A DNA stretch of 62,853 nucleotides, the filler included, from Licmophora abbreviata (taxonomy: Eukaryota), in NCBI GenBank assembly GCA_900291995.1. It is 8 parts of 8 records of this genome, joined end to end, with 100 filler letters (N's around TTAATTAATTAA, not from the genome) between each part and the next. Parts side by side here need not be neighbours in the genome. Positions count along the whole stretch, not along the records: positions 1 to 9,997 come from OLMU01000082.1; positions 10,098 to 16,082 come from OLMU01000083.1; 6 more parts are not named here. One strand, given 5' to 3'. The position numbers and the translations under genes were made by a program. Of this stretch, positions 1 through 11,121 are shown piece after piece. The notes under the pieces were generated by a model. The model was not told the DNA's origin. It searched no databases and saw only the letters and a program-made list of their open reading frames with translations. The first letter of the stretch is position 1; each line of letters begins with the position of its first letter.

Positions 1-8
1 CAACTCAC

Positions 9-1734
9 CTCCTTGAGAAAGCTTAAAGATGTTCTTCTTTCGATCAATAATCTGGAGGTTGCCATCCATTGTCCACAGCCCAATATCTCCACTATGCAAC
101 CAACCCTCGTCGTCCACTGCATCCTTCGTCTGCTCCTCCTCCTTGTAATACCCTTTGAACACGTTCGGTCCACGAACCCAAATTTCTCCTCTTCCCTGAC
201 AGGGTTGTCCACGATGATCCGTGTCATTATGAGAGTATCCCATCTCCGGAACATCCACCAACACGATCTCTGTTGCTCCGGTCGGTCCTCCGACATGACC
301 AACCGTCCCCAGGTCGTCAGGATGCCCGATCGTGGCAGCGGCAGCGCCTTCGGTTTGTCCGTAGCCTTCCACCACACCGATTCCCAGCAGACAACGAAAA
401 AACACCATGACATTTTCACTCAACGGCGCTGACCCGCTCACCATGAAGCGGATGTGGTCCATACCGAGCGCCTTTTTGATCTTGTTGAAAATCAGACGAT
501 CGTACAAGGCGTGATGCAGCTTGCCTTGCTTCAAATTCTTACTCTTGGCCGCAAGAGCTGCATCAAACAACTTTTTCTTGGCCCCACCTGCTGCCGCAAT
601 GCCGTTGACAATCTTGTCGTATATCTTGTTCAACACCCGCGGCGCGACGGGCAAGACGGTTGGACGACACGCCTGCAAATCTTCGATCAAATACAAGGGA
701 TCGCCTCTATAAAAGGCAACTGATCCACCTCTCATGAGAATACTGGACAAAACGGCACGCTCAAAGATGTGCGCCAGCGGCAAGTAGCTCAAATGACGAT
801 CGTACATCTGGGCCGCAAAGGCCGCCTTGTCGATTCCCGCAACAGCCGACATGAGATTTTCGTGCGTCAAGAGCGCTCCCTTGGGAGTTCCCGTGGTGCC
901 GGACGTATAGCAAAAGGTCGCCACATCAGCACCTGAAGGAGGACTGTGCGTGTGTCCTTGTGTCGCAATCAACTGTGCTCCCATGGCTTCCACCTTGGCA
1001 AAGGACACGAGCGTGAGCGAGGCGGCCTCTGCCATTTCGGCGGCGGACGGTACAATTCCATCGACGAGAATGACATGGGTGAACCGATCGCACAGTCCAC
1101 TTCGTTTCGCCGCGCAGACAGTCTCTATCTCCTGTCGGGTGCAGACGACGGACTTGGCAGAGGTTTGTGTAAGGATGAACTGCACCGTTTCGGGGCCGAG
1201 GGTGTCATAAAAGGGAGCTGTACAGCCACCCAGGGCGTAGACAGCGTATTCGCTCAACACCCACTCGACGCAATTTTTCATATACAGTGCAAGCTGGAAA
1301 CGAAGCGGATACGGTAGATACGATGAGAGCTTTGTCCGGGTGAAAACGAGAAGTGCCGACGTGTGAAACATAAATACCATATGTTTCAACATTATGAAAC
1401 TTACCACCATGAGTCCATCGTCATTCGGCTCCACCAACTTCATTCGCTCCAGTCCCGCTGCAAATGCATCGATACGAGCCAAGCACTCCGAGTAGGACGA
1501 GTAGATGAATGGCGTTGGAAATCCATTGGAGCTAACCGCACGGTAGCCAAAGCATGGTCCCAGTGGATTGAGATGACAGCCTCGTCTAAAGCCTTCGTGC
1601 AGAGTGCGACATCCATCCACTCCGAGTTCTGGGTGCAACAATGGGTCGCCAGCGCGACGAATATTGCCGCGACTGGCAGTGGAGGTGTGAGGGACTTCCG
1701 TCGAGGACATGAGATCCGATGCTTGTTTCGTCAT
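9..1734 (-). CDS. LACS: Long-chain acyl-CoA synthetase (AMP-binding), 5' part; 3' end beyond window start
   Basis: Not in the ORF track; read manually on minus. ATG 1734 MTKQASDL..., intron ~1404-1294, LALYMKNCVEW, AMP-binding motif FCYTSGTTGTPKGALLTHEN (~860-915), YLPLAHIFER, EGYGQTE; donor GTGAGT at 8-3. Confidence 0.92.
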
Positions 1735-2015
1735 GGTGAGGATGCGCTTTTAATGTTTATGCGGATATTCAATATGGTTGAAGTCGCGAGTCGCGAGGGC
1801 GCGCCACGAGCACAGAGTATGGAATCGGGAATGCTGACGAAACTTCTGTTGAGACTTCGTCGACGCGATGGAATTTGACAGACGCGTGTGACGGGCAGAC
1901 TCAGACCTGCCGGAGCACGACAGTCGTGATCACAATTGAACCGGGCATGGCGATCAAAGACGCGCCTCCTCGTCGCATTTCACTTACTTAGATAATATTT
2001 ACGCCACCACTCACC

Positions 2016-2836
2016 ATGAAGGAAGAATGCAATGTCAAATTGGTACGTGAAACGAAAGAAAACGAGCAAGAAGAAGCGAAACGCGGACGAGTCGGGGATG
2101 GAGAGACTATTTTGCCAGTGTCCTGTCGTAGCCCGCTACGTGAGTCAGTCAACCCTTTTCTGGTCGTGCGCTGGACGACGTTCGATGATTCTTGTTTCTA
2201 TCTTACACTGCGTGATTCAGCGCTACTGTGAATCAACCAGCTTTCTGTGGTGCATCTGGCGCATTCTTTGCGTTTGCGTTTCTCATGTCTGTTCTCGGGT
2301 GTCATTGTCTCTCACGCCACGTATTGTAGATTAGCAAGGAGGGGGAGGAGTTTTGCGTTCCTTGGGACGTTGCATGCATGTCTCAACTTGTCGCAGACAC
2401 TCTGGCGGACGATGATGACGACGAAGACGTCAGGGAGATTCCTCTCCCCAACGTCAAGGCCGCAGTCCTTGCCAAAGTCCTGGACTATTGCAAACACTAC
2501 CAGGTCGAACCGATGTCGGAAATCGTGACGCCTCTCACTTCCAGCTTGTTGGAAGGTCTCGTTCAGCCGTGGTACACTAAATTCTGTGTGGTGGAGCAGA
2601 CGATGCTCTTTGAACTGGTAACGGCGGCTAATTTCATGAATATCAAGAGTCTCTTGGATTTGACCTGTTTGGCGGTAGCCGTCAGTATCAAGGGTAAGCC
2701 GGAGGACGAGTTACGTCTGATGTTCAACATCAGCAAAGACTTGTCGCCGGAGGAAGAAGCACAGATTGCTCAAGAGAATTCGTGGGCGGAGCAACCAGTC
2801 AGTCAGGCAGAGCAACCGGACGAGCAGGCAGAATAG
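2016..2836 (+). CDS. SKP1: SKP1 (SCF ubiquitin ligase adaptor), 2 exons: 2016-2042, 2330-2836
   Basis: Spliced MKEECNVKL/ISKEGEEF...; IPLPNVKAAVLAKVLDYCKHY and LFELVTAANFMNIKSLLDLTC are SKP1 signatures; GTACGT..TAG phase-0 intron. Confidence 0.95.
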
Positions 2837-3211
2837 AAATATATACGTAGTACTACATAGGTCGATCGAACCACGATGTTGTAATTTGCGCGCATTTCAG
2901 TTGTTCTATTTAGCAATCAGATGGAGACAAACTCTCCCCATTGGACTAGCACCCTCTCCGGGCGATAGAATCGAATCGTCTGTCGCCGTATGTGGTGCGC
3001 TCGCGTCTCCACACTTGTCGGGTGCGTTCACTTTCAGCTTTTCGGGCGATCCGCCGTATGGCCATAGACGGAAAATGCTCGAAGCTACAAGTATTGCACG
3101 CTACGAAATCCTTTCATTGACATGCACTTCAATAGTCTATGTTACTCCCTTGCACAGTCACTAAGCCCGCGTAGTCCATGACACATTTGACGGAGATCGT
3201 AGATCACGATT

Positions 3212-4216
3212 CTACGATGCCTTGACACGCTTACTTGGTCGTTCCCCTTGGTCGCGCTCTTCTTGTTTCTGTTGCGGGGGTGGCGTGACAATCTTCTTGG
3301 CGGTCATATCGTTGACTTGAATCCGACGGTTGCCGTGCGTCTTCCATTGCACATGAGCAGCTGCCGCCGAGGCACCGCGCATAAAGAGTCGTCGTTCCAT
3401 TTCAGTTAAGCGTTTCGTGTACTCCGTAACGTCATCCCCGACACTACTCATGGCCCAGTCTAGAGTTCGTCGAAGGCGTTCGCCAGTATAAGTCTGCGTG
3501 GAAGGGTGTCAAAGGAGGGTGTGTAACAGAAAAAAGGCGGTTGAGTCGCTTGTCGCATGCCTTGAGCGACCGGGTCAACGCAGTGTTTTTCGACACGAGC
3601 GTTGCATAGACTACAACTCAGTTTCTCTACTCACCACGAGTAGACTACGTCTCAAATCCAAGGCTTCCTGCTCTGCTTGTCTCATGGCGGCAACGTGAGC
3701 GTTCCTTCGAGGATTGCGTCGTCCTGCTGGGGTATTGGACAGTGCAGCAGCGACTTTGGAGGAACATTTCTCCATGAGCTCGACGACCATGCGTCCTGAC
3801 TGAAAGAAGCGCTCGTTGCGTTTCCTAAATTGTGCAACATAGTAAAGCGAAGAGAGAAATGAGTGAGAATCGTGCGAGCGAATGACTCTCGGTGCAAACA
3901 TCACACGACGGCAGTAAGCCTCCAGAAGAGCGACTTGGCTCACTCACCTCAAATCGGCTTGCGCAGGATCCGCCTCGAGACGTTCTCTTGCTTTCCTTCC
4001 AAAGTGTCGAGGCAGTGACATGCGTACAAAACCCAAGGTTGCCCACTTTTCCATTGCCCACAGTGGAAGCTTCACGTGACTGTCTTCGGGAAGAAAGGTC
4101 GTCGCGGGGTCGAGGTCAGGGTCGAGGTGCGACAAATGCCAAAAGTCAAAGAGGCTCGTGCACGGAATCAGCTCTTCTTCCGCCAGAATCGAATCAATGT
4201 CGTAATATAGAGGCAT
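3212..4216 (-). CDS. PSF3: GINS complex subunit Psf3 (DNA replication), 3 exons
   Basis: YYDIDSILAEEELIPC, KLPLWA, LEADPAQADLR/KRNERFF, KRLTEMERRLF..G; two GTGAGT..AG introns restore a continuous frame. Confidence 0.9.
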
Positions 4217-4631
4217 CCTAGTTCAGAGATAAGACGACAGGAGACGAGGCACACACGAAGGGAGAGACAAAGGCGGAGACCAAAGACGATGCCAACAATA
4301 GCATCAATTTTCAATTTTCTCGACGGTGGCAATTTCGAATTCTGTCAGGGATGGCGCGACACGAGTAAGCCAACCCGTAGAAGCCAACGTAGGACTCAGT
4401 ATACTTTCGCATCGTCTTGGATTTGAAATTGAACGCGTGAAACTTTGTCAGAAGCCACGAGGTCCACTCTGCGCTCTGTTCAAACACTCTTTGGCGCCCT
4501 CGCCCCTTCACGACGACCGTTCATGATCCGCTTCATCAGTTTTCGCCACACTTGTGAATAGCAAAGTAAGAATCTAGCTTCGATATGATGTACTCTACGT
4601 TCCTCTCTCTACCTGCATTGAGCATGACTGT

Positions 4632-6162
4632 TTACTTCATCGGCTGACCGTGCAGTCGAAATCGGTACAAGCAGGTGTAGTCTTCGTTTCCCCAGTTGTC
4701 CAGCACTTCCAGAGAGACGGCTCCCACGACTCCATCTTTGTCTTTCTTCCTACTTTGATGTCCAAGCACGGCTGCCACGTCTTGGGAAGGATCGTCGCAC
4801 GAGAGCTCTGGCTCGGAACACGATCCTGGCCCTCCGGTATCATCTCCTTCGGGCGGAAGCGCAAAGGTCTGTGTGCTGCTGGGGGCGTGTATATCGTACG
4901 TGACGGTCCCCAAGTCACGCCACTTGTTCGTGTCAAAGCCCATGCCCATGCACCCATCTTCACAGGGACGATAACCCACGACGCGAATCGTCTTGGGGGC
5001 GCTGCTGCGATCCTCAACCAGCAACGACGATACGTGTTCGATAGTTATCGATTCGGCCTGAAGGGGATACTTCAATCGAAGTGTGACTTGACCATTCTTT
5101 CCTTGCATAGGCCAACAAGCCCCCGGATGAATGTTGGATTCGAGAATGGCTTCGGGGGGAAGCGTGATGCCACCCTTGAGTCCCTGTTGCGAGAGTTAAA
5201 GTCAGTCAATCTGTTAGCAATAGCAGCAGAAAAATCCGAGCGACAGTGCATATCGCGAAAACGTTACGTACTAGCGTATGTCGCACACTCGATGGAATCC
5301 CGACGTTCCAATCCTCCCAGCCCGACGGGAGGAGCAGTTCCAAATCTTCGGGGATGTATCGTCTCCACCAAACGGCACCTAGCAACGTTTCTGGCTTCGG
5401 CGGCGGCACATACGTCGGGGTCGTCATTTCGTACACAACCGACGCCCCCTTCAGATAGTCGGTTCGTTCGATCTCACTGCTTTCCAGCAATGATGACTGC
5501 ACCACGCGAGCAGCGTCCAAAGGTGTTACGCAACTTCCCGATGCGTGCGTCGCACGGTAACTTGCCACTTCTTCTCGTACTACCTCTTGCACCCACTCGT
5601 TCAACTGCGACTCGCTTTCTTCCAATAGAACGTCTGGATTTAAGACGCTTTCCAACTGTCGCAGCGAAACAAACTGGCTCATATCCATCTCTCCCTCTGA
5701 TGCGACATACTGATCAGTGTCCTTCTCGGCGGCCACTTGAATCTCTTTTTGTACAGTATCGTTCAGTCTGGACGCTAGTCGATCCAGCTGTAACACATTG
5801 ATTTGTCGAATCATTTCATCCACTTTTGCGGTCCTCTCCCGCAATTCCGCCTCTCGTCGTTGCATGGCACTTATGCGCTCCGTAAGCGTTGCAATCTGCC
5901 CCGAGAGCTTCTCAAACTCTTGGTGGTGTCCAGAATACGATTGAATCGTTCGTTCCGCCATGTCCAAAAGTGCTAGAAGTTTATTCTCACCGACCATTCC
6001 TTCTTCTACTTGAGATGATTCTTCATCGAATAGAGCCGCCGCATCATCGTCGTGTTGGTTCTGCTCGAATGCTGCTGCATCTGCCGTCTCTGACTCTTCC
6101 GCATAACAATAACAAACAACGCACCAGCACAATAGCAAGAGATCAGGCAATGTGATCCGCAT
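4632..6162 (-). CDS. C-terminal SUN-domain protein with N-terminal hydrophobic leader and coiled coil, 2 exons (intron 5271-5184)
   Basis: PGACWPMQG, ITIEHV, SSAPK, NWGNEDYTCLYRFRLHG are SUN (Sad1/UNC-84) motifs; heptad region ~5780-5980. Confidence 0.88.
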
Positions 6163-6449
6163 GACGTCGTTCAAAAGGCCGAGTCAATCAGAGCAACAGA
6201 ACCCAGCCAATGTCGATTGAGCTGCCGTATTGCATCCCATGGCGTTCTCAGCACTTCAGTTCATCATCACAGTTCGTAGCGCCGCGCGTAGACTCAGACT
6301 CGACTCGCTCATCTTTCCCAAAGGAGCGGGGCTGACACGGGAGCCCGACAGACCCATTTTTGAAGTCGTTTTGGCGCGCCACACTTCGCCAAAAATCTGG
6401 CGAAACCAGCTCCTTTGGTGTTTCTCTACTTTCGAATCGAGACAATCCC

Positions 6450-7061
6450 ATGAAGTTCTTTGAGTACACGAGAGATATAGAGCCCGCAACCGCTGGGTAT
6501 GTCGAGCATAGCGCAACTCCTTCGGAAAAGAAAGATGGTATCTTTCAAAACCTTGATCCTTCGAATCCTCATCCCATGCCCGAGCTCACATGTCATGAGC
6601 AGAGAGTCCTCGCTTCTCTGAAACGAATCCACTTCTGGATGGATGACAGCATCCAATTGCCGTGCTGCTCACGAAGAGTTGGCATCGATCCGATCATCGG
6701 CTTGGTGCCTTTCGTTGGCGACTTTGGATCGGCATTGATTAGTCTCTATTTCGTCGCACGCGCGGCCCCAGTGACAAGCCGATACACGGTGGCACGTATG
6801 CTTGTCAATGTTTGGATCGATGCAGTAGTAGGTGTAGTGCCCCTGGCCGGTGATATTTTTGATGTGGGCTGGAAAGCTAATCAGCGGAACCTGGCGATTG
6901 TGGAGGATAACTTCAAAGTTGGCTTCGACGAGAGAAGCATTGCGGATCGAAAGTGGCTGATTACGATTGTTTTGGGTTTCATTTTGTTCTGCGCTTTCTC
7001 AACAGTGACGACACTCATCGTTGTCGTGCTCTTGATTCTTTATCTGACTGGAAACCTGTGA
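6450..7061 (+). CDS. DUF4112 family membrane protein
   Basis: MDDSIQLP..RVGIDPIIGLVPFVGD and RMLVNVWIDAVVGVVPLAGDIFDVGWKANQRN match the DUF4112 pattern; C-terminal TM. Confidence 0.85.
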   Translation: MKFFEYTRDIEPATAGYVEHSATPSEKKDGIFQNLDPSNPHPMPELTCHEQRVLASLKRIHFWMDDSIQLPCCSRRVGIDPIIGLVPFVGDFGSALISLYFVARAAPVTSRYTVARMLVNVWIDAVVGVVPLAGDIFDVGWKANQRNLAIVEDNFKVGFDERSIADRKWLITIVLGFILFCAFSTVTTLIVVVLLILYLTGNL

Positions 7062-7238
7062 AAAGACTAATTATGTAGTATCTACTGCTCACTGCTAAAG
7101 GCTACCATTGGTGGGGTACCTAACTCCGGCTACAAGGCGCGCAGTTATCTGTTGTTGAGTCCTATTCGCACCTACTAAATGCATTATATAGATTGCTGTA
7201 ACCCGAGAAGAAAACTCATATCCCCATGAGCTAATGTA

Positions 7239-10200
7239 CTAATCCAGGAGACCGGCAAAGGGATTCACTGCAAAGGTACAGCCAGCGTGACGTATAGCGT
7301 CCATGGCAATACGTGCACGCTCCTGCTGCCGAGCGGCCTCAATGTATCGTCGATCGGCAGCGCGATCGCGCGTATCTCGACTCTGTTGGGCAAGGCGGCG
7401 CCCCGCTTCGCGACGCTCCCAGTCTGCGTGCCGTCGCTTCTCCTTGGCGCGAAAAGCAAGCGAGAGTCTTCGGCGTTCCTTGCAGTCCTTCAGATAGTCT
7501 TCCACATCTCCCCGTGCTGCATCTTCTAGCTTGAGATTCTCTTGCTCAATCTGGTATGATTCTTGGTGCCGTTCTTCAGCCTCTAGCCGCTGAATGTTTG
7601 CTTCCTTTCTTCGGAAAAGGAGGGAGGCTCGATCCCGCGCTGCATTTTCAGCCTTGTACTGCGACACATCGCGGCGACCTGGTGAAAGCGATAAACAACA
7701 GAAACACGAGCGAGTCAGAGACGCCCCTCCTCGATACAGCAATTGTCATGCGTCCACCCAGAGACTTACATGCTGCTTGAAGTGCTTCCTCGGCATGAGC
7801 TTCCTGAACAAATTGTTGATATTTTCCCTCCTCAAGTTCTCGGTGAAGCCTTCCTTCCTGGTTCCGAAATGCGAACGACTGGCGTCGCTCCGACTCGAGA
7901 TCCGCAAGATAGGCTTTCGCGTCCTCCTCTCCGGCCCATTTGAGCATGTATGACTCCGTTTCTTGCTCCTTGGCGATGGATCGTAGTTCTTCCATGACCT
8001 TCTGGTGCTTCGCCTTTTCCTCGTTACGAAACTTAAAGCTCTCTCGTCGCTCCCGTTCCAACTGCTTGCGATGCTTGTTAGCATCTCGCTCGCCAGCCCA
8101 CTTGAGTTCGTAGCTATCGTGTTCCGCGAGTAGCTCTGTGGACCGTTGCTGATCCGACTCTACGCGTTGCCTTCGACCTTCCTTGTTTCGGAAAGCAAAA
8201 CTATCGCGACGCTCCTTCTCCATTTGCTCTCGGTATGCATCCGCGTCACGCTCACCAGCCCACTTTAACTCAAAGCTCTCATGGTCATCCTGTTGTCCCT
8301 GGGACCTTTCCATTTCCGCGTTGAGTCGCTGTTGGTGCCCTTCCTCGTTGCGAAGGGCATAGCTGTTGCGCCGTTCCTCTGCAATCTGCTTCCGGTATGC
8401 GTCGGCGTCGCGCTCGCCAGCCATCCGTAGCTCAAAGCTCTCGTGCTCCGCCTGAAAATTTCCGGTCCGTTGCCGCTCGGCTTCCTGTCGTTGACGATGC
8501 CCTTCCTCATTGCGAAAGGCGAAGCTGTCACGGCGTTCTTGTTCCATCTGCTTTTGGTATGCATCTGCATCGCGTTCGCCAGCCCATTTCAACTCGTAGC
8601 TCGCATGCTCATCGTGTCGGCTTTGAAATCGTTGGCCTTCAGCTTCTTGTCGTTGTCGATGGCCTTCCCTATTTCGAAATGCGTAGCTGTCACGACGCTC
8701 CTGCGACAACTTCTCTTTGTAGGCGTCCGCATCACGCTCGCCTTCCATTCTTAGCTCAAAACTCTGATGATCCGTCTGGAGTTGTTCCAATCGCTGGAGA
8801 TCTGCTTCTTCACGCTGTCGATGTCCTTCCTTGTTGCGAAACGCAAAACTGTCCCGGCGATCCTGATCCATGGCTGTTCGGTATGCATCGGCATCACGCT
8901 CGCCGGCCCATTTCAACTCGTAGCTCGAGTGCTCCGCGCTTTGTTCATCCGATCTCTGCATTTCGGCTTCCTGTCGTTGCTGCCGCCCCTCCAAGTTCCT
9001 GAACGCAAAACTGTCACGTCGTTGATCTGCGACTTTCTTGCGGTAGTTGTCAGCGTCCCGTTCACCCGCAAATTTCAGTTCAAAGCTGGTGTGCTCGGTC
9101 ATCCGTTCGTTCTCTGCCTGGAGCGCCTTTTCTTGGCGTTGCCTGTGGCCTTCCCGATTCCGGAACGCAAAGCTGTTTCGTCGCGCTTCCGCCATATCTT
9201 TTTTATACCCGTCTGCGTCGCGCTCACCCTCCATCTTAAGCCCAAAGCTACGATGCTCCTCGTCAAGACGCACTGCTTCCATTTTGGCATGAAGTTCCCT
9301 GATACGACGCGCGTCGCCATTACGGAACTGAAAACTCTTTCGGCGCTGTTCGGCAAGGTTTCGCTTCGATGTTCGCCACGCTAAGCTGCTCAGATGCCGC
9401 TCCTCCATTAGCATCTGATCTTCCTCAATACGAGCAAGACGCAGTCGAGCCTCGCCCTCACGATTGTTCTGCCTGATTTTTCCACGCTCCTTGACAGAAT
9501 GCCGCCGCTTGCGATCTCGTTCTTCCTTCAGCGTTCGTTGATGTTGACGATACACTTCTGACTTGAATTGAGATTCCTGGTCGACCGCACTAATATGATT
9601 CATGCGCTCTTGCGCCCTCCGCTGCGCCTTCGCCTGAACGACCTTGGACGACAGCTGTCTCTGCAACGCAAGCAACTCACGACGGTTCTTCTCTGCTTCT
9701 GCGTAGAACTCTTTCGCCTCTTCTTTCTCCTCACGCCATTGATCCCGTAGCATGGCTGTCTCCTTGGCACGCTCCTCATAGTTCTCTGACTTGGCACGAC
9801 GGACTGCGTTGAGACTCTGATTGACGCTGGTGGTGGCAGTGTTGATTGCCTCCTGCGTCTTCTTGGCCAAATCACGGCGCTTGGGAGAACGCGACTTCTT
9901 CTTGCGAAGATTGCGCAACTCTTTCTTCTGACGATCCGTATGGCTCTCCGTGCGAGTTGTTTTCTTGGAAGCGTCGTCGTTGGCTGTGGAAGCGAGCNNN
10001 NNNNNNNNNNNNNNNNNNNNNNNNNNNNNNNNNNNNNNNNNTTAATTAATTAANNNNNNNNNNNNNNNNNNNNNNNNNNNNNNNNNNNNNNNNNNNNTTG
10101 TACTCGAAGAAGCGTTCTCCTTGTCATTGTCGTAGTCGCGTTCGGATTGCTGATCAAAAAAGATGCTCTTGGACGGCGAGGAAGCAGAATCCTCCATCTG

Positions 10201-10362
10201 ACGAATACCGCGTTCCATACGATTCTTGCGAGGGGAGGGGGAATACGACAGACTGTTGCTTCCGACGGAGTGCGTGTCGACGGGGGTCTCGTCGACGACG
10301 ACGTTCCCAAAGACTCTGCGAGCCCGAGTCTTGCCGACTGACTCGGGTGGGACGTGTGACAT
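7239..10362 (-). CDS. Large charged helical protein with ~13 tandem 54-aa repeats; N-terminal part probably lies across the 9998-10097 gap; one intron ~7769-7678
   Basis: 756-aa ORF 7648-9918 plus spliced 3' exon to 7239. The ORF from ATG 10362 (MSHVPPES...) runs into the gap on the same strand, and the frame is open from the gap edge. Confidence 0.85.
7887..9507 (-). repeat. 162-bp (54-aa) coding tandem repeat
   Basis: RRxS(F/Y)xFRN units start at 9507, 9345 ... 7887, exactly 162 nt apart; two further degenerate units lie in the last exon. Confidence 0.95.
9998..10097. other. Assembly gap spacer N44-TTAATTAATTAA-N44 (also 16083-16182, 17851-17950, 20613-20712, 24235-24334, 26460-26559, 43539-43638)
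   Basis: Seven identical 100-bp spacers with a six-frame-stop linker; artificial. Confidence 0.98.
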
Positions 10363-11121
10363 GGCGAACGTGTTTGAGGAGAAGGATATCTGAAAAAGGG
10401 ATGAATGCTGGAAAAGAGTGAGAGACAGAACGTGATGAACAGAAGAGACTAGAGGGACAGTCGCACGTACCAAGATTTCGTGTGAACAAGCCGTGACGCG
10501 ACCTTGTCCGTTTTCTTTGTCAATTGGTCGTCGCTTCTAAGCAAAACGTCGGTCTGATTTCTATGCAATCGAAGTCAACGACAACGTGCAGTCCAGACGC
10601 TGTCGATAAGCTCAAGACGGTCGACGATGATGCCGTCGAGAAGACACCGATCACACACACAACCCGACGGCACAACGAACGATGAGGAGCCGCGCCAAGA
10701 AATTCAAATCCGCGTGCGAGCTCTCTCGCTACGCATCGGAAGACAACGGACAAATGTCCATCGACACGAGCTTTTGTACCGGACCTCTCAAAGCACGGTT
10801 TATACTTATACCTATATCTCGCTAATTATACACCGGACAATCTAGAATAGTCGGAGTTGGAAACTATTTCTACGTGGATATAGCAGTAGAATCTCAACGC
10901 TTCGGGGCCACACAAGCGAGTGCCACGTCTCTTTCTGCAAAATGCCAGACCAACCAAATCTCACGATCGCACATATTCACCGCGCTCACACAGTGCTCGT
11001 CATCATCGGAGGACGACGTGAAAAGTCCATATCTATCGAAAGAACCGCCCTCTGAGGGATATTAATGCTGTACATTGATCGTTGATAGAGTCTTGCTGTC
11101 AGTGGAGCTTTCGATCTTGAT

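Noticed and set aside
2940..3050. tRNA-Sec, TPP-riboswitch or RNase MRP resemblance
   Set aside because: Only short partial motifs (TTTCGGGCG, GCTGAAA, AATGGGG); no cloverleaf or conserved core in the correct order.
4650..5801. Long antisense ORFs (e.g. 4650-5801+, 13-432+, 38093-38974+, 20847-21584+)
   Set aside because: Shadows of well-supported genes on the opposite strand; no recognisable domains.
7887..9507. Regularly spaced repeats as a CRISPR-like array
   Set aside because: The repeats are in-frame coding units with synonymous divergence; no spacer structure and no cas genes.
10042..10053. Recurrent TTAATTAATTAA palindrome (7 copies)
   Set aside because: Always centred in 100-bp N blocks: an artificial six-frame-stop linker, not a repeat element.
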